Source of the DNA: Lama guanicoe
Taxonomy: Eukaryota
Length of the DNA: 64,000 nucleotides
Assembly: GCA_013239625.1 (NCBI GenBank)
Contig: MU054212.1
Coordinates: 3,746,744 to 3,810,743, forward strand
Direction of reading: 5' to 3'
The notes under the pieces: generated by a model
The model's input: only the letters and a program-made list of their open reading frames with translations
Told to the model about the DNA's origin: nothing
Database searches by the model: none
Part shown: one piece after another, positions 12,500 to 25,547 of the stretch
Layout: each line of letters opens with the position of its first letter
Numbering within the stretch: position 1 is the stretch's first letter
Translations under genes and position numbers: made by a program

Positions 12500-14050
12500 A
12501 TTATTTTTATTTTATACCAATTTTTTTTATTAAACATATACAAAGAACAAAAAAGCAAATATGAAAATCTTATAAAAACAGCCATTTCCCAGTTACACTA
12601 CCACCACTCGGCTACATTTTAGCAAACTAACGCTATTTATTTCCATATTTCTGAACAAGATGCACAGATTTCTATTTCTTAATTCACCAATTTTAGACAC
12701 TCCTTTCATGAGGATGAGGATTTAGTTCTCTTAAACTACCATCTCCACTTCCTCCTGCCTCATCTCCCAAATGAGATTTTATCTTCGTATTTAGCGAAAT
12801 CAATTCTTTACATTACTGTGACTTCATAAATGTAGTTCTATTGGTCAATAAATTACAATGACATTGTTTCTTCTTGTGCATTTGTTCTCTTTTGGAGGCA
12901 AGAACTGCTCAATATTCCAACAGCTCAACCTAGCCAATAGATCAGGAAAATTAATCTCAGTAATAACCTCCTACGCAAATGTCAGATAAACCACCAGCTC
13001 TGTGTTTCCCTAAAGAACGCTCTCCTGGAGTTTGAACTAGCTGCTGAGATTTCTCCAACACATTCTTGCCCTGTGTTAGAGATTTTCTGTTCTGACCCCC
13101 TACCTTTTTGTCATTTCTTGATTTACTGATTCATTTTGGCGAGGTTCCTCTTAGCAGCTTCCTGAGAAAGGATCCAGAGGAAGTGTTTTGAGTTCTTGCC
13201 TGTTCACAGATGTCTTTCCTTGCACATCTGCTTGTCAGTTTCATTGTGAACAGAACAGAATCCCAGGTTAAAAATCATTTTTCATCAGAATTCGAAGGAA
13301 TCACTCTAGTACTTCCTACCTTCCAGGATTCAACGCCACACTTTCCCCCAGCCTCCTGTATTTGCCCTCTTTAGTTTGCTTCCTTAAGTTCTCACCTTTA
13401 GTGTTTTAATACAGACTAACATCCCTTCATAGGCGTCTTATTCATTGTAGCAGGTGCTCTGTGGGCTCTTCACCACTGAGAAGTCCTTATTGGATAATTT
13501 TCTATTTGTTCTCTTTACAGACTATTAGATATTGGATGCACTGGTTGATAACTGTCTCACTGTTTTTATACTACTGTGCATTTTCTTTTTGATCTTTTCA
13601 GCTTTCTTTTTCCCTTTTCCCTATTTCAGGATTTTTTTTTATTATTGCTTATAAATCTGGTATCTCAGATTTTTTTCTACATTTTTTAAAATGCCCTCTG
13701 CGTTGCCTGTTACCTCCAATTTTCTGTTTTTGTTTTCATGGGTTTTCAGGTTAGAAGCTTTTTTTTAGTATCTCATGGTCCTTGAATGTCTATGTATGGT
13801 AGAAAAAGATGCTAAAAATCTAATCTGATGCTCTGGGTTTCTTGGCCAATTTTTGAAACTACGGATTTTACTCAAAATAATCAGGATTTAAACTGGATTT
13901 TTCTTTGGAGAACCTCCCAAGTGTCAAATGTATTTCCTACAATGTTAAGTTTCTGACTTGGAAAATCTAATTTTTCTTCTCAAGGGTATGAGTTCCAGAA
14001 ACAGATGAAGAGAGCTACAAACCTGCCGTTCAGCATATAAACTTTAATTT
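12500..14050 (-). mobile_element. Old L1M fragments
   Basis: T-rich plus strand with antisense L1-like segments ('ccaggttaaaaatcatttttcatcagaattcgaaggaatcactctag'); family not resolved. Confidence 0.45.
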
Positions 14051-14198
14051 CATCTCCAACTATCCCCTCAAGAGAAAGAAAATAGCTCATTGTACAGAAA
14101 AGTGGCCAATGACCTTCTGTGGTGACCCACATTCCACAAGCTACTTAAGATTTGGATAATCTTGTGTTTCTCTTAAGCATCTAACAGGAAGTATCACC

Positions 14199-14579
14199 TG
14201 TTATGGACTGAACTGTGTTCCCAAAAAATCGTATGTTGAAGTCCTAACCCCCAGCACCTCAGAATGTGAGACTGATTGGAAATAAGGCCTTTAAAGAGGT
14301 AATGAGGGTAAAATGAGACCTCCAGGGTGGGCCCTAATCCAATCTGACCAGCATCCTTATGAGATGAACAGTAGGAGAGACTTATGAGACACACCTGGGT
14401 CACCAGTGCCAGAAAAAAGGCCACATGAGGACACAGGGAGAAAGCAGCCATCTGCAAACCAAGAGGCAGCCTCAGAGAAGCCAGCCCTGCCAATTTCTTG
14501 ATCTTGGACTCTCAGCCTCTAGAACTGTGAGAAAATCAATCTCTCTAGCATTTAGTTACAGCTGCCCAGCAAACTAACA
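14199..14579 (+). mobile_element. MaLR MLT1B/MLT1A0-like solo LTR
   Basis: TG...CA termini; 'tgttatggactgaactgtgttccc...gggtgggccctaatccaatctgac...gaactgtgagaaaat...aaactaaca'. Confidence 0.85.
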
Positions 14580-16454
14580 TAGTGCCCACGGGTACGTACA
14601 AGTCCCCAATCACTGCTCATTACTGGATAACTGATTTGCCTGCTTGGCTAATTGATACCCTCCCCATATGCTCTCACCTGCTACTAAGGGGTCACCCACA
14701 AAGAGCTCCCATACAGTCCGAGAGCTTCTCTCATCCCTGGAGGCCAAGAGAGTGAGTGGGGAAGGCTACAGTTCATGATCCGGGGCCACAGTCAACCAAC
14801 AAGGGGCTAGAGTATGGGCCAGCCCCCTCACCCTTTAATGGGACAATTCCAACGTGTGTCTCTCAGAAGGTCCCCAGCAGAGCTGAGCAGCCTTTGTCCA
14901 TCATCCCACAGCCAAGTGTCACAGCTGAAGGACTGCATAGGGGAAAAGATCCCAAGAAAACATGCCATGACAGTTATGTATCTCAAATATGTTATCCTTC
15001 ATCCTCACTACACAACTAATTCACTTGCTGCTGCTCATGCCTCCCTTACAGCATCAGTGGTGTCAACTATAAGGGCTGCTCCCAAATCACTTAGGTCACA
15101 CAGAAGGTCTGCATAAGGGCTTAAATAATTATAAATTCATTTCATTATATACACTAAAATATAAACATTCCTACTATCTTTTATTAGATTTAGAAATTTA
15201 AATTTTATCAGCCTAAGACATTTCATTGTACCAGTGATTCATGTCTGTTGAGGAGTTTGTGGAAAGCCATCCCCCCCGGAATAATTTTGAGCACGAAATC
15301 CCAGAGTGGCATTTCACTCTGTTTTTCCTCTAAAATTAACAAAGATTTTTGTCCAACTACATAATACAAAAAACACACTATTAGGAAGTTTTGGCAATAA
15401 AATGACAAAGTTCTAAGAAAATATACAGTGTGACGAGGATTTTACTTCCACTTGAGTTGAATCTATGATTGGCTTCAGTCCAGAATTTCTCACCCCGTGG
15501 GAATTCACTCTTTTCACACCTCTTGTTTTAGTTTCAGTTTCTCCCAAAGTAGATTGGAAGTGAGTAGCTACTTGGGAAGCCAGAAGTATCCCAGCAGAAG
15601 GATAGAGGGGAGAATCCAAATGTGACTGAGTTTAAATCCTCCAAAGATGGAGTATTTCCAAATGAGAACAAGTTGAACTTACAAGAGATGGTTTTAAATT
15701 AGAAGAGACCAAGTATCTAAATAGGTGAAATTACATTACACAGGTTTGTCCACTCGTAGAAAAACTGTAGGCAGCAAAAATTTTTACCAATTGTGATTTG
15801 AGACGGACAGAAGTCTAAAGTGGCTGACGGAATCTGAGCTCTCCAAGGACAGAGAGGGGTTGCCTTCCATTCAGTGCTATCAGATCCATGCCTAGAACAG
15901 TGCCTGGACCACAGGCGTCAACAGTGAATATTGGTGGGATGAAGGGAGGGAGGATTAGGTGAGATGGGAAGGACTTGGGGTTCCCAGGACCCTCATTTCA
16001 TTAGGAAGTTGAAATTAATTAAAAACAATCATTCGGAAACTCTAACCACCATTACCAGAATAAACTGACAACATATCCAACAGGAGAAGCCATCATAAAA
16101 AGGTTATGGGTATGCCAGTGTGTATAATATTTTTGAACAGGCAAAAAGTTGCCTCCATGCTGAACTGTGGAAAATACGGTGACAATAATACCAGATCAAG
16201 TATTATTGCATAAAAACTTACCCTTACAATGTTTGGAAGTCTTAGTCCACTAGGGCCGCCCCCACTCACTAAATCAGAACATTAACACGTTTTTATTATC
16301 ATGCTAATTAGTGATAGTAGCAGTAACACAAGTAAATGTGGACAGAAACAAGATAGAAGCCATATATTTGGTTATAGTACATAATTAACAAATTCTGGGA
16401 TCTGAACCTTCAAAACCACCCAAGTCTTAAAACCTTAGAGACCAACTAACCCCT

Positions 16455-16650
16455 GGCATCTGAATGCTCAGGTTTGAAACCAAGCTCCACAACTTACTAA
16501 CTCAATGAACTGGTACAAGTTTAACAGTTCAGCGGCTCTGTTTTCTCATCCGTAAAATAGGAATTATAATAGTCCCTCATCACTAGGTTATCGTTAGGAT
16601 GAGACAGATTATCCACAGAAAGCACGCAGTAAATACTTGGCACATGAAAA
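16455..16650 (+). mobile_element. MIR SINE
   Basis: 'ggtttgaaaccaagctccacaacttacta...ctctgttttctcatccgtaaaataggaattataatagt'. Confidence 0.7.
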
Positions 16651-17544
16651 TATGAGACGAGTCTCATTTGATGCAGGGACTTCCCCTAGTTGAGAGCTGA
16701 CAGACTCAGTAACAGCTGATTATAATTTAGCATTTACATTAGGCTAGTCACCATGCAAAGTGCTGTATATTAGCCAATTTTAATACTTATTACGTCTCAA
16801 AATGGCCTAAAATGCCATTTTCTTTGACCGCCACATGTTGAACAAGGGACTCAAGCAGTATCATTAGCATTTTTGTATTTTCGTATGAAATGCTATTTTC
16901 AAACTTCTCAGCCCTATCTTTGAAATGGGTAGTTTTCTTCAAAGTACACATAGGCAAATATATGTAACCATGGTTAAATTTCATTTTCCTGGCCTTGGAC
17001 CATCATCCCAGCTAATTCAAGTCTGTTTACCAAAACACTGAATGACTTGCAACTTTGGGTTGAATACTACAGAAAGCAAAAGGGAAACCCAATGATTTGC
17101 TACCAATGACCTCCTTCCACCTAATCTTTAAGTTACTTGTTTTAATACTGTCTGATAGACGTTAAACTTGCCCAGCTGACACTTCATCTGGCCTAATTTC
17201 TAAGCTCAGAGATCTTAGCTGTAAAGTGGGGGAAGTCTTACAGTGCTGTGTGTGAGGGTCAAGTGAAGAGACATTTAAAAGACTCAGACTATTATTACAC
17301 TGTGCTGGTTTTCTTTTCCTCCATTCAATTGATAATGATATTTGTTTGGAGTGCTGGCCAGGTCTCCTAAAGAAATTACACTTCGTCACGGAATTTTTCT
17401 TTCAATCACTTAGGCTGTGGCCTAAACCAGCTGAAACCCATGTGCAAAAAATGCAAACAGATTATAATGTATCAATTTAGGTCAGGAAGCCATATCAAAA
17501 ATGAGAGAGTGCAATGAGCCTCTAGTTCTGTAATTCAAAAGGAC

Positions 17545-18165
17545 TGTTGTGGAGACAGGCGGGAAGGAGGCAGGGCACGACCTTTAAAAGAATGACTCAG
17601 CAACTGAAGATTCCACTCCCAGTAACTGAGGCCCAGGGTGGTGGGAGACTCACCTCCCAGTAAACCTTGAGCCCCAAGATGGAGGAAGATGCAACTTCTA
17701 GTAGACCTAGAGCTTCGTTATACCCTCACTGTAAGTATTAGCAATACTAAATGACACTCCCACAGGTGCCAGCACAGGTCCAAGGCTGGTCAGAAAAGGC
17801 CAAAAAGCTGGCAGTGGCCCAAATCCTGGGAATCCCTGCCCTTTCCCCAAAGTAGACCGCCTCTGGCCTGCTGGGCTTTCTTGCCTTGGGAGACGGCCTG
17901 CACTCTGTCTACGAATGTGTATCCATTTTTACTTTAAACCCCCTCCCCCAGGCCATGCCAGCCTTCGGCCTCCCTGGCCTCAGACGGCCTGCACCCTGTC
18001 TATGGAGTGTATCTCTCTGAATAAACCCACCTTCACTCAATTATAGCTGTCTCTTGAATTCTTTCCTGTCGGAAGCCAAGGACCCTCCCTCGGTGGGGCG
18101 CCTCCCAGGGACTCGGGGGAGACCTGGGACACGGCCCTCCTCTCGCGCCCGGTTTTCCTACGCGT
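17545..18165 (+). mobile_element. ERV1 solo LTR, same family as the LTR part of 36961-37254
   Basis: TG start, internal U3 and R repeats, AATAAA at 18020-18025; U5 'cttgaattctttcctg...aagccaaggaccc' is shared with ~37140-37171. Confidence 0.75.
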
Positions 18166-18356
18166 TACTTGGGCTTAGACCATTCCCAGCAGGTGCGACC
18201 ATTCAGCGTAAGAGCAGGCTGGTGGGCTACCTGAGCCGGGCTCCCATACCTGTTGCGCGGGAGGCCCACTGGTGGAAATACTCCTCCTCTCCCGAGCAGG
18301 CGAAACCGCTGCCCAAACTATCCCACTCTCCCCCTCTCTGCGTGTTCGGTACTCAC

Positions 18357-18446
18357 CTCCCCTGCAGGGGCGAAAACGGCAGGTCCCCGCTCCCACTTCG
18401 GCACAAGCGCCTCCACTTCCTCCCCACACCAGGTCCTCGGAGAACT
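18357..18446 (-). other. Putative non-coding first exon of an unidentified gene or lncRNA
   Basis: Runs from the predicted Inr to the consensus donor GAG|GTGAGT (plus 'actcacctc' 18351-18359); contains no ATG. Confidence 0.65.
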
Positions 18447-18525
18447 GGAAGCTCGCGCAGGCGCGCCTCCGCTTTATAAAGCCCGCAGGTCTCGCGAGTC
18501 TTAAACCCAGCTCCACATTGGGAGC
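18440..18525 (-). promoter_or_regulatory. Pol II core promoter (CCAAT, BANP-like, TATA, NRF1, Inr)
   Basis: On the minus strand: CCAAT 18521-18517; ACTCGCGAGA 18499-18490; TATAAAG from 18478; GCGCAGGCGC at 18455-18464 (plus); Inr CCAGTTC with A at 18446, 32 nt after the first T of TATA. Confidence 0.75.
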
Positions 18526-20758
18526 ACCTGGGAAGCCCGAGGCCGCTGCGCGAGCCCGCGGTCCACGCCCCAGCGATGCTCATTAATTGACCTCAGATGT
18601 GGCCTAGGCAGGGCGATGTTTAAAAAGGTGATTACAATGTGCAGGCAACTTTGAGAATCACCACTGTTGAGAGCAAAGAGCTGCGCCTAATTCCACCCCT
18701 GGGACTCCCCAGCAGATCCTCATTGAGACTAGTGAACCCAGGAGTCCAGGTCCTTCCTTCCTCCTTTTTCTTTCACTATCCCGCAGACTTGCCTTACCTA
18801 CTTGGCCTCAGCAGTTCCTTATGAGCCCTAATAGGGGCAAGGGTTCAACTGGGAGTTCTTTCTGCTTAGCATACCTTTATGAACCTTTCACCCGGATTCA
18901 CATTTCAATAATGCGAAAACAGGTGTTAATTTCACGAATTCTGCAAAACGGTTTCACAGAAAGAAATCAAATCAGTCCAGCCTCTTGCGTCCTATATAAG
19001 AGCAAAAATAGAACAATTTTCTAAATAACTTAGTTTTTTCCAACTGTTTCAACATAAACACATCAAATTTTTTTCACTGGAACATAACAACTGAAAATAT
19101 CTCCCAAAAGAATATTTTCAGAGGCGCCAGTTTGGACAGCCAAGGCCACACTTTTAAAATATCATTCATGAATCAGTGGATTAAACATGAGTAATAGACA
19201 TACTATTCTTCATTCACGTTCTCAAAGACGCATATATATATTTCTCAAGCAATATCTGAGAAATATAATGAAATGGTCCATTTATTTTTTTCCCAAAGAG
19301 AAATGATTTGGTAAGCAGCATTATCTTGAAAGCAACTAGCTCCTTTTAATACTTATCATGCTTTCCTTGTATTCAGTTTAAATGTCACACATCAGCACCT
19401 ACAGGTGGGCTATTGTCAGCGACCTTTATATTATGTTGAAAAGGCAGCAGGAACTTTTTTTCCCGTATTTGCAAAGAAGTGGGGGGAAAACTTCAGCCCA
19501 CTCTTTCATTGCCAGGAACGTTAGCAACCAGAGCTCAGTGTTCCCTGTTATAGGACATCACAATCACAGTCAATAAATATTGATGACAAATTCAACAGAA
19601 CTCCCTGGATCCCTTGAGCTAACATCCAAATGCATGGGGTAGGGGTGGAAATCTCTTCTTAATAGGTTTTGTATGCACCTCTGCCTCTGCAGAAAATGGT
19701 AACCTTAACCTGGGGTCCCCTGGATTCATAAATAATACAAGAGAAGCATTTATGTCTAAACATAAACTTGTGTCCTAAAGTGTCTTGTTTTAAAAAGTGT
19801 GTGTGTATATACACATATATTAATATGACGAATTTACCCTTCATTGTAAACTAACAACACAAAAATGGCTGATAATTAAATGCTAATGATTCAAACTGGA
19901 CGCTTATGTTTTGCATTACTTGCTTCATAGGGTTAGCATTTAAATGGTCAGCTTTGAAGTTAGCAAACAGCCATTAAGATGCATCAGGGGAGTTCTCAAT
20001 TTTTTTGCAGTCATTGTTTTCATCTGGCTGGCTACAGGCTCACCCAAACGGCAGAGATGGGATTTACATAGCGAAGGCTATTTTCGTTAGTGGGAGGGAT
20101 GAAATCTTTTCTTCCAAATAAATAAATAAGAGGGATGGTCCTGAGAGGCTAGCATGTGGGAAAAGCTAAATCTTTCGTCCCCCTTCTCTGCCAGCCTTGA
20201 GAATTCCATTGTTATTCCCTCTTTCCCTTGAAGGCTTCAATGCAAATTTTTTAGTTCCCAAGCTTTTGCCTTGTGCGTTGCTCACGGCATCTCAGCCCCC
20301 TCTCAAAGGATTCCTTGGATACAGAGCCAACTGTCTACAAGATTCATTATTCTGGGCTCTCTGGGGTTAATACCCAAATCCTCTCCCGTGGCAGTACAAG
20401 TCTGAGGAGGCATGGAGGGGAAAAAATTACATGAAAATTCCTAAAGGCATTGTCTATTGAAAAGAGGGCAATAATTAAGAGATAATGTGAAAGGAGAGAG
20501 AACATTCTCACAGGATAATGGTCTCCTGCTGCTACAAGAATGCCGGGGCCAAGCCAGCACCGTTTCTAGAAAATAAATGCCATGGTGAGGGAGGTTAAGA
20601 CATTTACTTTCAAATCAGAAAAGCCAGTCCCCTGGCAGAGTCCTGGGAATCCAAAGGATCAAAACTGATTGCTTCATTTTATCCCATAAATATTCTTGCA
20701 GAAGAGGGGTGCTTGGTACGTCATTAGTAGCCTGCAGAGTTAGAGGACCTCTCATTCA

Positions 20759-20799
20759 TAGATAGATAAATAGATAGACAGACAGACAGACAGACAGAC
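20759..20799 (+). repeat. Compound (GATA)n(GACA)n microsatellite
   Basis: 'tagatagataaatagatagacagacagacagacagacagac'. Confidence 0.9.
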
Positions 20800-21942
20800 T
20801 CTGGTTCTGTCTTCAGCTGGTTAAGAAAGATGCTAGTACAGCAAAATCTTTAACAAGGCCATCACTAGACTATGCTCAGAGTGATTCCTACTACTTAATA
20901 TCAGCCTGCATTCTGCAGAAGCTTCCTAAGAACAACACCCTTTCCTTTGCTGAATAAGAAGGGAAACTGAAGGACGAAGGATCTAGTAGGGGTCGGGAGG
21001 AGGCAGTCTTTATAGTGCAATTATCTGAGGGCAAACGGAGCCTTTCAATACCCTCAAATCATACTCGTAAAACTAATTCCAGCGCTGTGGTTCCCGGAGT
21101 GAATTGGAAAGGAATTGCAATATTCCTTCATACGACTCTAAATGCAACCCAGATTGTGACGTGGTTGATTAAATATTTTGGACCATCAGTGAAGTGGCAC
21201 CTCACTTTATTGCTTAAAAGTCAAACATTCAAACAGGTAAATTTTTTCAAATAAATGATGCAAAAGTTTTATTCCGTCATGTCAGAGAATCGTGGTCAGT
21301 GTCACTAGTTCTGCATTTGTGTGACCTTACATGATCACATTCACCACACACAAAGTTGGAAAGTTACATAAAGACAACAAATATTTGGTATCACTGGTGG
21401 TCACTGGGCACATAAATATGAAAAAGGTACCCTCAAAACATTTGTAACCCACTAATATCTTTGTAGAGGAAGGAAAGGAGAAGGAAAACTGTTCGTATTT
21501 TTTTTATCAAAAGGGTGGGAATCCAACAGAAAGAAATACAATGAGAACCCAGGTTGGATCAATAAATTCTAGTTAATAAAATCATGGACAGCTTCGTGGA
21601 GAGGTATGTGGCTGCCAGGAGCATAACCAAGTCAGGATCATCACACTATTTAAAGCCCCCAATGTCTTTCCATGTCACTCAAGGTAAAAGCCAAAGTCCT
21701 TCCTGTAACCTACAAGGTTCTACATTAACTTCTCTGAGATTCTCCCCCCCCCTTTCTTCTCATTCATTCCACATACCCTGGCCTCTTTGCTACTTTTGGA
21801 AAGTGCCTCAGGGCCTTTACACATGCAGTTCCCTCTGCCAGAAATGCACTTGCCCCAGGTAGCCACATTCTCACAGCTTGCTACATAACTTTCAGGTCTT
21901 AACTTGAGAGTTCCCCTTTTCAGCGAGAACATTCTTGGCACA

Positions 21943-22622
21943 ATTTTTTTTTAATTGAAGTATAGTTGATTTACAAGTTTGTGTTAAATCAAACTAAAAT
22001 CAAAGTGATTTAGTTATACATATATATACATATTCTTTTTCATTATAGGTTATTACAAGATATTGAATACAGTTCCCTGTGCTATAATGTAGGTCCTTGT
22101 CATGCATCTGTTTTACATATAGTAGTTTGTATCTGCTAATCCCAAATTCCTAATTTATGCCTTGCCTCAACCTACCTTCCCCTCTGTAACCACAAGTTTG
22201 TTTTCTATGTCTGTGAGTCTGTTTCTGCTTTGTAAATAAGTTCATTTGTCTCACTTTTTTAGACTCTACATGTAAGTGCTGTCATGTGACATTTGTCTTT
22301 CTCTGTCTGATTTACTTCACTGAGTATGATAATCTCTAGGTCCATCCATGTTGCTACAAATGGCATTATTTTGTTCTTTTGTATGGCTGAGTAGTATTCC
22401 ATTGTGTATATGTATCACAACTTCTTTATCCAGTCATCTGTTGATGGACATTTAGGTTGCCCCTATGTCTTGGCTATTGTATATGGTGCTGCTATGAACA
22501 CTGGGGTGCATGTATCTTTTTGAATTGGAGTTTTCTCCAGATATATGCCCAGGAGTGAGATTGCTAGATCATATAGTAACTCTGTTTTTAGTTTTTTAAG
22601 GAACCTCCATACTGTTTCCCAT
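21943..22622 (-). mobile_element. 5'-truncated L1 (ORF2 C-terminal remnant plus 3' UTR)
   Basis: Minus-strand ORF contains 'ETVWRFLKKLKTELLYDLAISLLGIYLEKT..KDTCTPVFIAA', typical of the L1 ORF2 C-terminus; poly(T) at ~21944-21952. Confidence 0.9.
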
Positions 22623-22733
22623 TGGCCACTGTTCTCGAAACTAAAATTCTCACCCATCCCCCAACACTTCCTGCTCCCCTTCATGCCCTTTTCTTCTTCC
22701 TGTCATTTACCATATTCTAAACTACTATGTGTT

Positions 22734-22876
22734 AGAATGTGAAAACGAATATATGTACGTGTATGCATGACTGGGACATTATGCTGCACACCAGAAACTG
22801 ACATGTTATAACTGACTACTTCAATAAAAATCTTTTTTAATTTTTTAAATAAATAAAAAATTGTAAATTATAAAAT
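22734..22876 (+). mobile_element. Short L1 3' tip (camelid-like) with TSD
   Basis: 'gaatatatgtacgtgtatgcatgactgggacattatgctgcacaccagaaactgaca...cttcaataaaaa'; TSD aactactatRtgtt at 22720-22733 and 22877-22890. Confidence 0.75.
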
Positions 22877-25547
22877 AACTACTATATGTTTTTGCTTATT
22901 AGCTACATGCCCCTCCCCCTATTAGAACGAAAGCCCCATAAGGACAGAAACTTTTCTAAGTTTCATTCAGTTCGAAGAATGCCTGGTTCGTAGTAGGTCA
23001 TCTTAACTAAGTTCTGAAATGAACAGCTTTCTTGTTCTCCTGTTTCATAAGAGGATTTTGCTGTGGGTGCTCTGATTTTCTAGCTGGCGATATAATGCTG
23101 TTTTTATAAAATTTCTCCTGGGAACATTATAGAATGTCTTTATATGGTTTCTTCATATTATTCCATCAGGCTGAAATAGAAACTGTCTTATAATGGAAGC
23201 CAATCATTGAATTTTTCCATCTGAAAAAAAAAGTGTTCAAATAATGATAATCATAATCTGAATAAAAATAGCAGCCATTTAATGCTATGTGCAAGGCAGA
23301 TTAGTCAGTCAACACTTCAGCAGATATTTGTGGACTCTCCAATATATGCTAGCCCCTGGAAATTTACAGTAAGAAGTACACATGGTTTTAGTCCCCACAT
23401 AATCTGATCCACCTGTGTATTCAATCACCAAATATTTACTGAGCATCTACTATGTGTCAGGCAAGGCAGAGTACACCCTCTGTCTTCTACAATATTTTCT
23501 TCTACTCTTCAAAGTCAGAAAGACTAGCCCTCTCATTTCCTTTTAAGTATCCAGGCTGTATTCCTTCCCCCGGCTGTTCCTGGGGTTCTCCCTGGGCAAT
23601 TCACCTTTATTCATTCAGACATTTCCCGTCCTGAGAGGCGTCCCAGCCTCCTACAGTCCAGTCTCCTTTCTTTAGCCGTCTTCATCCAGATTTCACTTAA
23701 GCCCGTAACACTTCATCCCACAAGTTACCTGGCTACTCTCTTCCTCTGAACTTGACTTCGCATCAGAATCACCTGGAAGAGTTTTTAATTAGAATTCCAG
23801 GCAGTGACCCAAGAATAACTGATTTAGACCCAAAGTTGAAAACTAATACCCTCAATTCAAGTAACAAATAATCAGCCTAAATTTAATAAGGATGTGGGTA
23901 TCATTTGCTCTACATTACAATCTCATTGGGTAAAACAAGAGGGGATCATTCCACAAAGTGGCAATTTTCACCCCGAACGTTTTTTGCCCACCAATTTAGA
24001 CAGAATCCTGGAAATGTTAGCTAAAACCATATTAAATGTCTGTTAAAGGCCTTCTTCATCCCCTATTTGTCACTGCAAAATAATGAATTTTGTACTACAC
24101 GAGTACCTGTGGCCTCCTATTTCACTCACAGTTCCATTGTTTTTCGGACTGTAAATTTTTTTTTAATTAAGTAAAGGCATGTTAATAAACAGGGGCATCT
24201 AGCTGTCACTTGCCACCTCTCCTCCAGCGTGACAGGTTTTTAGTGAAAATGGGAAGAGTTTGGGGAACTTACGACACTCAAATCTTAATTTTTATTGCTC
24301 TCATAAGAGTTTCTGGGTACATAGATTTCCTTTCTGTTAAAAGTGTTTTTAGAACAATTGGAAGATAGAGGTTATTTTTAAAGCACTCATTTTTTTTTTC
24401 AGTAAATATTTTTCTTTGAATTGAGGAAATTCTAAGTTCCCTGGAGTGTGGCTATATTCTCATAAATCATCCTGTGATGGATTTTTTGGGAAAGAGGCAG
24501 AGAAAAAAAAGGGAGGTTGGCAGCTTCAGGGTTGACATTGCCTCCTGATCATGACGAAGGAGATCTGGGTTCTAATCAAAACCCTGGGTTCTAACCACAC
24601 TTCCCTCATATAGTCCTATCGTGCAGATTTAAAGAATATATGACAATGTACCTAACACTTAAAAGCTACCCAAAAGGACTTATTCTCTCTATTTCTCTCC
24701 ATGCTGTCTCTACTCTACCCACAGTCTTCTTCCTTACATTTTCCATTTATGAACCAAAATTGTCACCTAGCAAATTTTGACATCTGAGATACTCTTTGTA
24801 TTTAAAATATGATAGGCATTCAGAAAAATTATAAAATGATACATTAGTAAAACCAATTTTGAAAAGAAAGAAAGCCTTTACTGATTTACTCTGCAGTAAC
24901 ATGAAATAAAATATATTTTCACTTCTTCATCCATCTACCGCACAGAGGGGAGTATAGTCAAAGTGTTCTCATATTTAATTTTTGTGCCACGGTTCCCGTG
25001 CTGCAGGTGCAGACCATGAATCCACGGAACCTCCCTGAACGTTGATACTCACTCTACCATCACCACATCACAAAAACTACGGAAAATTAGATCTAAACTG
25101 ACATTTCCAGGTGGCTATCTATCTCAGGGTGTCTTCCACGCATTGATTCTTTTGGCAACAGAAAAATCACAAAACATTCATCTTAAGAAGTCCAACACAT
25201 GCTCAATTTACTCCTAATGTATAGGACTATGAGGAGAGCTGACATTAAAACCAGCGATTTCTCATATTAAGTGGAATATATGAAAAGCGTACTGTGTTAC
25301 CATGCGTACAAGGATGCCTCACTGTCCTGCTCCAATCTCCTCTGGAAATGAAAGGATTATGTCACCCTGTCTTAAAAAAAATGCTCTCTGAATCTACACA
25401 GCCCTCTGGCTTTTTCTGTTAGATTTTACCTTCTTAAACCAGAGTCCATCACTTTCAAATACCAACGGCAATGTCTTGCCACACTGCCTGGCAGTTCTGA
25501 CACCCACATCATTTCTTAGGGGCCTTTAAAAAAACCTCCTCACTTTA

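Larger units (their letters stand above)
18090..18580. promoter_or_regulatory. CpG island
   Basis: The most CpG-dense, GC-rich block in the window, with many CGCG/GCGC. Confidence 0.85.
21600..23030 (+). mobile_element. L2 3' fragment interrupted by two L1 insertions
   Basis: L2 motifs 'ggtaaaagccaaagtcctt', 'cctcagggcctttacacatgcagttccctctgcc', 'gaatgcctggttcgtagtaggt'. Confidence 0.65.

Noticed and set aside
18054..18586. Several overlapping ORFs
   Set aside because: Stop-codon depletion in GC-rich CpG island and LTR sequence; no recognisable protein
22463..22684. ORF with real protein similarity
   Set aside because: Remnant of L1 ORF2 C-terminus, not a host gene
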